64,000 nucleotides of DNA, from assembly GCA_964291415.2 (NCBI GenBank), contig OZ219920.1, forward strand, positions 1,376,001 through 1,440,000. The letters are read 5' to 3'. A program made the position numbers and the translations under genes. This document shows, one piece after another, positions 59,185-64,000 of this stretch (positions within the stretch are counted from its first letter, which is position 1; the number at the start of each line of letters is the position of its first letter). Below the pieces are notes generated by a model. It worked only from the letters and a program-made list of their open reading frames with translations, made no database searches and was not told where the DNA came from. The stretch comes from Alphaproteobacteria bacterium (lineage in GTDB: Bacteria > Pseudomonadota > Alphaproteobacteria > SP197).

Positions 59185-62100
59185 TCAGGCTTCCCCCAGG
59201 GACATGAGCGTGGCGTTGCCCCCGCCGGCAGTGGTGTTGATCGACACGACCCGCTCGGTTGCGAACCGGTGAAGATAGCGGGGCCCGCCGGCCTTGGGAC
59301 CGGTGCCCGAAAGACCCTCGCCGCCAAAGGGCTGGCTTCCCACCACGGCGCCGATCATGTTGCGATTCACATAGATGTTGCCGACGGGCATGCGCCTCGA
59401 AATCCACTGCGCGCGCGAATCGATGCGGGTGTGAATGCCGAGAGTCAGACCGAAACCAGTGGCAACGATGGCGTCGAGCACCTCATGGAGCCTGTCCCCG
59501 GCAAAGCGCACCACATGGATGACCGGACCGAACACTTCGTGCTCGAGGACGCCAATGTCAGGAATCTCCACAAGGGCCGGGGCCAGGAACGTGCCGTGAC
59601 GTGCGAGGTCCGGATCAAGGGGCGAGCGGAAGAGAATCCGGCCGGCGGGTTCAATGCCGGCAAGATGGGACTCGAGCCCTGCAAGCGCCTCATGGTCGAT
59701 CACGGGACCGACGTCGGTGTCGATGAGAGCGGGATCGCCGACCTTCAGTTCCGCCATGGCGCCCGACAGCATCGTGATCACCCGATCGGCAATGTCTTCC
59801 TGCAGACAGAGCACGCGCAGGGCCGAACAGCGCTGGCCGGCACTGGTGATGCCCGAGCGAATGACATCGAGGGTCACCTGTTCGGGCAGCGCCGTCGAAT
59901 CGACGATCATGGCATTCTGTCCGCCGGTCTCGGCAATCAGCGGCACGATGGCGCCGCTCCGTCCGGCAAGGGACAGGTTGATGCGCCGGGCGGTTGCGGT
60001 CGACCCGGTGAAGGCAACGCCGTCGACGCGGGGGTCACGGACCAGGGCGGCCCCGGTGGCGCCGTCACCGGGAAGCAACGACAGTACGTCTTCGGGGATA
60101 CCGGCTGCACGAAACAGGCTGACGGCGTGGGATGCCATGAGAGGCGTCTGTTCCGCCGGCTTGGCGATCACCGCGTTGCCGGCGGCAAGGGCCGCCGCCA
60201 CCTGACCACAGAAGATGGCGAGCGGAAAGTTCCAGGGAGAGATGCAGACAAAGACGCCGCGTCCGTGAAGGCTGATGCGATTGGATTCTCCGGTGGGTCC
60301 CGGAAGTTCGCTGTCGTCAGCGAACTCCGTGCGGGCGCGAACGGCGTAGTACCTGAGGAAATCGACCGCTTCCCTCACCTCCGCCAGTGCATCGCCGATC
60401 GTCTTTCCGCCCTCCAGAACGGCCGTCGCCATCAGCCGGGCACAGTCCCGTTCGAGGAGGTCGGCCGTCATCTCGAGACACGAGGCACGGCTGTCGGCGG
60501 GCGTGACGCTCCAGTCCCAGGCTGCGCCGCGGGCGGCAGAGAGTGCCGAATTGAGATCGCTTTCAGTGGCTTCCCTGATGGTGCCGACAATCCGGCGCCT
60601 GTCTGCCGGACTGGTGATCGTGCGCTCCGTGCCGCTGCACGGCCTGTCGACCGCCCAAGGCGCGTTGCCAGCCGCCCGGTTCATGTCACGGGCGAGCCGG
60701 TGAAGAACCGCCACCCTGGTGAGATCGAGCCCCCTCGCGTTCCTCCTCTCCCCGCCATAGAGGCGCGGCGGTCGCGGGATCGCCGGGTGCACCACCGTAT
60801 CGGACTGGCGCAACACCGTCGCCGGGTCCTTCACCAGTTCCTCGATGGGCAGACTGTCATCGACGATGCGGTTCACAAACGAGGTGTTGGCGCCGTTCTC
60901 AAGCAGCCGGCGGACAAGATAGGGCAGGAGATCGTCGTGACTGCCTACGGGCGAGTAGATTCGGCAGGCCACACCATCCCCCTTGGAGCCGACGAGGGGC
61001 TGGTAGACTGCCTGGCCCATGCCGTGAAGGCGCTGAAACTCGATGTCGCGCCGCCCCTCGGCCAGAACGAGAATGGTGGCGATGGTCTGGGCGTTGTGCG
61101 TGGCGAATTGCGGGAAGAAGAGATCCGGCCGGGCCAGCAGTTTCCTGGCGCAGGCGATGTAGGAAAGGTCCGTCGACGCCTTGCGCGTGAAGACGGGAAA
61201 GCTCTCGAGACCGAGTTCCTGGGCCCGCTTGATCTCGCTGTCCCAGTAGGCCCCCTTGACCAGGCGCACGGGAATCCTGCGGGAGGTGCCGGCGGCGAGC
61301 CAGGCCAGCCAGTCGATCACCGCCATGGCCCGTTTCTGGTAGGCCTGCACCGCCAGACCCAGACCGTCCCAGCCGTTGAGGGCCCGGGAAGCCACCGCCA
61401 GGACATCCAGCGAGAGCTCGAGTCGGTCGGCTTCCTCGGCATCAACCGTGAGGGCTATGCCGCGATCACAGGCGAGATGGCCCAGTTCGATCAGGCGTGG
61501 GGCAAGCTCACTCAGCACACGGGACCGCTGGGCCATCTCGTAGCGGGGATGGAGCGCCGACAGCTTGACCGAGACGCTGGCACGGCGGGTCTGGTCCTGA
61601 CTCCCTTCGGCTTCCCCGACCCGTTCGATGGCATGGCGATAGTGCGCCAGGTGGCGATCGGCATCCGCCATCGTGCAGGCCGCCTCGCCCAGCATGTCGA
61701 AGGAATGCGTGTAGCCGTGCGCCACGTCGTCTCTCGCGTTGACCAGGGCCTCATCGATGTCGCGCCCCATGACGAACTGCCGGCCGACGATGCGCATGGC
61801 GTGCAGAAAGGCCTCCCGGATGACGGGTTCGCCAAGGCGACTGACAACACGCGACACCACGCCTCGCGCGTTCCCCGTCCACTCGGGATCCAGGCTGACG
61901 AGGCGTCCGGTGAGCATCAGCCCCCACGTCGAGGCGTTGACGAACAGCGACTCGCTGTCGCCCAGGTGCCGCTGCCAGTCGGCATCGCCGATCTTGTCCT
62001 GGATGAGCATCAGCGCCGTGGAGGCGTCGGGAATCCGCAACAGGGCCTCGGCGAGGCACATGATGGCGACGCCCTCGTGACTGGAAAGATCGTACTCGTG

Positions 62101-62352
62101 CATGAAGGCGTCGATGCCGCCGGCATGGCGCCTGTTGGCCCGCACGTGCGTCACGAGATCGATGGCGCGTTTCCTGACAGCGCGTCGGTCGTCAGCCTCG
62201 AGACGGGCCTCGGCCATGAGCTCTGCGACCCGCCGGGTCTCGTCCGACGTGGCGTCGAGGCGGACGGGAGCGGTCTCCGTCTCCTCCTCATCGAACACGA
62301 ATGTGATCGCCGCTTTCCCGTCAGACAATCGTCCCGGAGCGGCGGCGCTCAC
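59185..62352 (-). CDS. putA: Bifunctional proline dehydrogenase / L-glutamate gamma-semialdehyde dehydrogenase
   Basis: LAEALLRIPD, SFDMLGE, RLVKGAY, YLVRRLLENGAN, ETGG, SAGQRCSA and GTGPKAGG. Confidence 0.97.
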   Translation of the reverse strand: MSAAAPGRLSDGKAAITFVFDEEETETAPVRLDATSDETRRVAELMAEARLEADDRRAVRKRAIDLVTHVRANRRHAGGIDAFMHEYDLSSHEGVAIMCLAEALLRIPDASTALMLIQDKIGDADWQRHLGDSESLFVNASTWGLMLTGRLVSLDPEWTGNARGVVSRVVSRLGEPVIREAFLHAMRIVGRQFVMGRDIDEALVNARDDVAHGYTHSFDMLGEAACTMADADRHLAHYRHAIERVGEAEGSQDQTRRASVSVKLSALHPRYEMAQRSRVLSELAPRLIELGHLACDRGIALTVDAEEADRLELSLDVLAVASRALNGWDGLGLAVQAYQKRAMAVIDWLAWLAAGTSRRIPVRLVKGAYWDSEIKRAQELGLESFPVFTRKASTDLSYIACARKLLARPDLFFPQFATHNAQTIATILVLAEGRRDIEFQRLHGMGQAVYQPLVGSKGDGVACRIYSPVGSHDDLLPYLVRRLLENGANTSFVNRIVDDSLPIEELVKDPATVLRQSDTVVHPAIPRPPRLYGGERRNARGLDLTRVAVLHRLARDMNRAAGNAPWAVDRPCSGTERTITSPADRRRIVGTIREATESDLNSALSAARGAAWDWSVTPADSRASCLEMTADLLERDCARLMATAVLEGGKTIGDALAEVREAVDFLRYYAVRARTEFADDSELPGPTGESNRISLHGRGVFVCISPWNFPLAIFCGQVAAALAAGNAVIAKPAEQTPLMASHAVSLFRAAGIPEDVLSLLPGDGATGAALVRDPRVDGVAFTGSTATARRINLSLAGRSGAIVPLIAETGGQNAMIVDSTALPEQVTLDVIRSGITSAGQRCSALRVLCLQEDIADRVITMLSGAMAELKVGDPALIDTDVGPVIDHEALAGLESHLAGIEPAGRILFRSPLDPDLARHGTFLAPALVEIPDIGVLEHEVFGPVIHVVRFAGDRLHEVLDAIVATGFGLTLGIHTRIDSRAQWISRRMPVGNIYVNRNMIGAVVGSQPFGGEGLSGTGPKAGGPRYLHRFATERVVSINTTAGGGNATLMSLGEA

Positions 62353-63566
62353 GGTTCCCCGCCAGCCACGACAAGGTCGGGCAGATCACCCCGCGCCATT
62401 CGCTCCGTGAGCTTTGCGGTGTGCCAGCGAACGATGGCATCGTCGCCGTCGAGAGCGACGATCTCGCCGGAATCGCAGGCCCGGCTGCCATTCTCCTTCT
62501 CGACCCGGGTGCCAACGGCGATATCCGGAAAGGCCGTTCCCATGGCCTCGGAGACCCGCAGGCTCATGGGCCGGAAGTCCTGGTCCCGGCCGTTCTCCGA
62601 AATGCCGCGGAACAGACTGCCCTGGACCCAGGTGGAAACGGGCGGTTCGTCCTTGCGGGGCAGGCACTGTGACGCTTCGGCCGCCTGCCGTCCGGCCTGA
62701 TTGAGCAACCAGTTGACCGCTTTCGACGCATGACTGGCCGCCCGGAAGATCGCCTTGTTGTCGTCTTCTAGAATCCTCAGCCAGGCGCCGATGTAATCGG
62801 CGTGGTCTTCCCTGATGGCGGGGGCGATGCCGAGCTCTGCCGAGAGGAAGGCAGAGCCGATTTCCGCGACCAGTTCCTCCTTCGCATAGGGCACCTGGTA
62901 GCTGCCCCTGAACGTGCGGTTGAGACGGCTCGCATGGCGCGTCCAGTGGACCGATTCGTGGGCCAGCGTCGTGTAGTAGGCTTCACCGTCGTGGAAGAGT
63001 TCGAAAGCCGGCATCTGGATGTAGTCGTCGCTGAGGACATAGTAGGCCTCGTCCCCGCCGTGGCGGACATCGATGCCGAGATCATGGAAAAAGCCATCGA
63101 GATCCGCGGACCGCCGGTCGCGGTTGACCGGGTGGAACTCGGCGTAGGTACGGTGCCAGCGCTGATCGAGCCCATCGACCTGCTCGACATTGAACACCGT
63201 GAAGGTCTTGTGGAAACCCTGACGACGCACGTTTTCCTCGCCGGTTTCGGGATCGCGCGTCTTCCTGGTGTACTGGTCCGCATAGACGACCGACTGGCCC
63301 TTCTCGCCCTTCCTCACGCGGCCGCCGTGGCGTTTCGCCTGGTTGAAGGTCATCCAGGTCGGTTTCATGTAGCCGGCCGCTGCCGCCGCTGCCCACAGGA
63401 CAATGACGTTGATGCCGCTGTAGGGCTGTCCGGTATCGCGCAGGGGCAGGCCCGCACCCGCGAAAGCGCCGTCAACCCCCGATTCCCAGGGCCGCATCCA
63501 CGGACGGATGCCGTCACGCAACTGGGCCATGATGGACTGGGTAATCCTTGAATGAATGTCTGCCAG
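62349..63566 (-). CDS. ardC: ArdC-family ssDNA-binding antirestriction protein with zincin metallopeptidase domain and C-terminal extension
   Basis: PWMRPW, YSGIN, WMTFNQA, VRKGEKG, VFNVEQ, AHESVHW (HExxH), YAKEELVAE and YIGAW. Start inferred at CTG 63566; the ORF-track start overlaps the upstream gene. Confidence 0.88.
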   Translation of the reverse strand: MADIHSRITQSIMAQLRDGIRPWMRPWESGVDGAFAGAGLPLRDTGQPYSGINVIVLWAAAAAAGYMKPTWMTFNQAKRHGGRVRKGEKGQSVVYADQYTRKTRDPETGEENVRRQGFHKTFTVFNVEQVDGLDQRWHRTYAEFHPVNRDRRSADLDGFFHDLGIDVRHGGDEAYYVLSDDYIQMPAFELFHDGEAYYTTLAHESVHWTRHASRLNRTFRGSYQVPYAKEELVAEIGSAFLSAELGIAPAIREDHADYIGAWLRILEDDNKAIFRAASHASKAVNWLLNQAGRQAAEASQCLPRKDEPPVSTWVQGSLFRGISENGRDQDFRPMSLRVSEAMGTAFPDIAVGTRVEKENGSRACDSGEIVALDGDDAIVRWHTAKLTERMARGDLPDLVVAGGEP

Positions 63567-63582
63567 GAATCCTCTCCCCTGA

Positions 63583-63999
63583 TTACCGGGCCGCGGCGGG
63601 CGCCCCCCGCCCGGCGAACTCGCCTCCTCCCCACAGGGAGACGTGAGGGGGATGCATGACGCTTCCATCGTAGCGGATCGCACCCTCACGGTCGACGTGA
63701 AGCATCAACGGGCCGTCAAGGTCGACGAGGTCGGCATCTTCGGCGACCAGCATCGCCGGCGCCATGGCCAGCGACGTGCTCACCATGCAGCCCACCATGA
63801 CACGAAGCCCACGCTTGCGAGCCGCCCGGCGCAGCGCCAGGGCGCCGGTCAGGCCACCTGCCTTGTCGAGCTTGATGTTCACCATGTCGTAGCGGTCCGC
63901 CAGACGGTCGACATCGTCTGCGGTGTGGCAGGACTCGTCTGCGCACAAAGGAAGCGGACACCTGTAGCCGGCCAGCGCCTCGTCTTTCCCCGCAGGCAG
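63583..63999 (-). CDS. Enolase-superfamily dipeptide epimerase / DgcA-like N-acetyl-D-Glu racemase; 5' end outside the window
   Basis: LCADES, NIKLDKAGGLT, MVGCM, DLDGPL and LWG. Confidence 0.88.
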   Translation of the reverse strand: MPAGKDEALAGYRCPLPLCADESCHTADDVDRLADRYDMVNIKLDKAGGLTGALALRRAARKRGLRVMVGCMVSTSLAMAPAMLVAEDADLVDLDGPLMLHVDREGAIRYDGSVMHPPHVSLWGGGEFAGRGAPAAAR

Positions 64000-64000
64000 C

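Noticed and set aside
59104-62700. 1198-aa plus-strand ORF, and similar long antisense ORFs (22661-24592, 31265-33067, 25794-27443, 40470-41936, 47857-49299)
   Set aside because: They lie opposite well-supported genes, have no recognisable motifs, and are typical stop-poor shadow frames of GC-rich coding DNA.
1-64000. CRISPR arrays, rRNA/tRNA genes, transposases, integrases, prophage genes
   Set aside because: None was seen by eye. Small ncRNAs or riboswitches cannot be excluded without an Rfam/Infernal scan.

Overview
GC-rich chromosomal segment, alphaproteobacterial by gene content and order. It has a housekeeping backbone (D,D-carboxypeptidase, ugd, smpB, dapA, gatCAB, ruvX, pyrB-pyrC-plsY-topA-rnr, NUDIX, MFS, rpmG, EipB-like, putA) and several accessory pieces. 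(i) A PIN/RHH toxin-antitoxin pair is bracketed by a degenerate duplicate of the 3' end of an alpha-carbonic anhydrase gene. (ii) A ~22 kb catabolic block lies between the MFS gene and rpmG: two orphan solute-binding proteins, hydantoinase/oxoprolinase A+B, an SDR, a GGT, a sugar ABC system whose ATPase gene is scrambled, and an IclR-linked Gfo/Idh/MocA + IolD-like + IlvD/Edd + GMC operon. (iii) A chromosomal ArdC-family ssDNA-binding zinc metalloprotease overlaps putA and carries a C-terminal extension with a beta-clamp-like QGSLF motif; this is the best candidate here for undescribed biology. I saw no rRNA, tRNA, CRISPR array, integrase or transposase. All calls come from motif recognition by eye; no searches were run.
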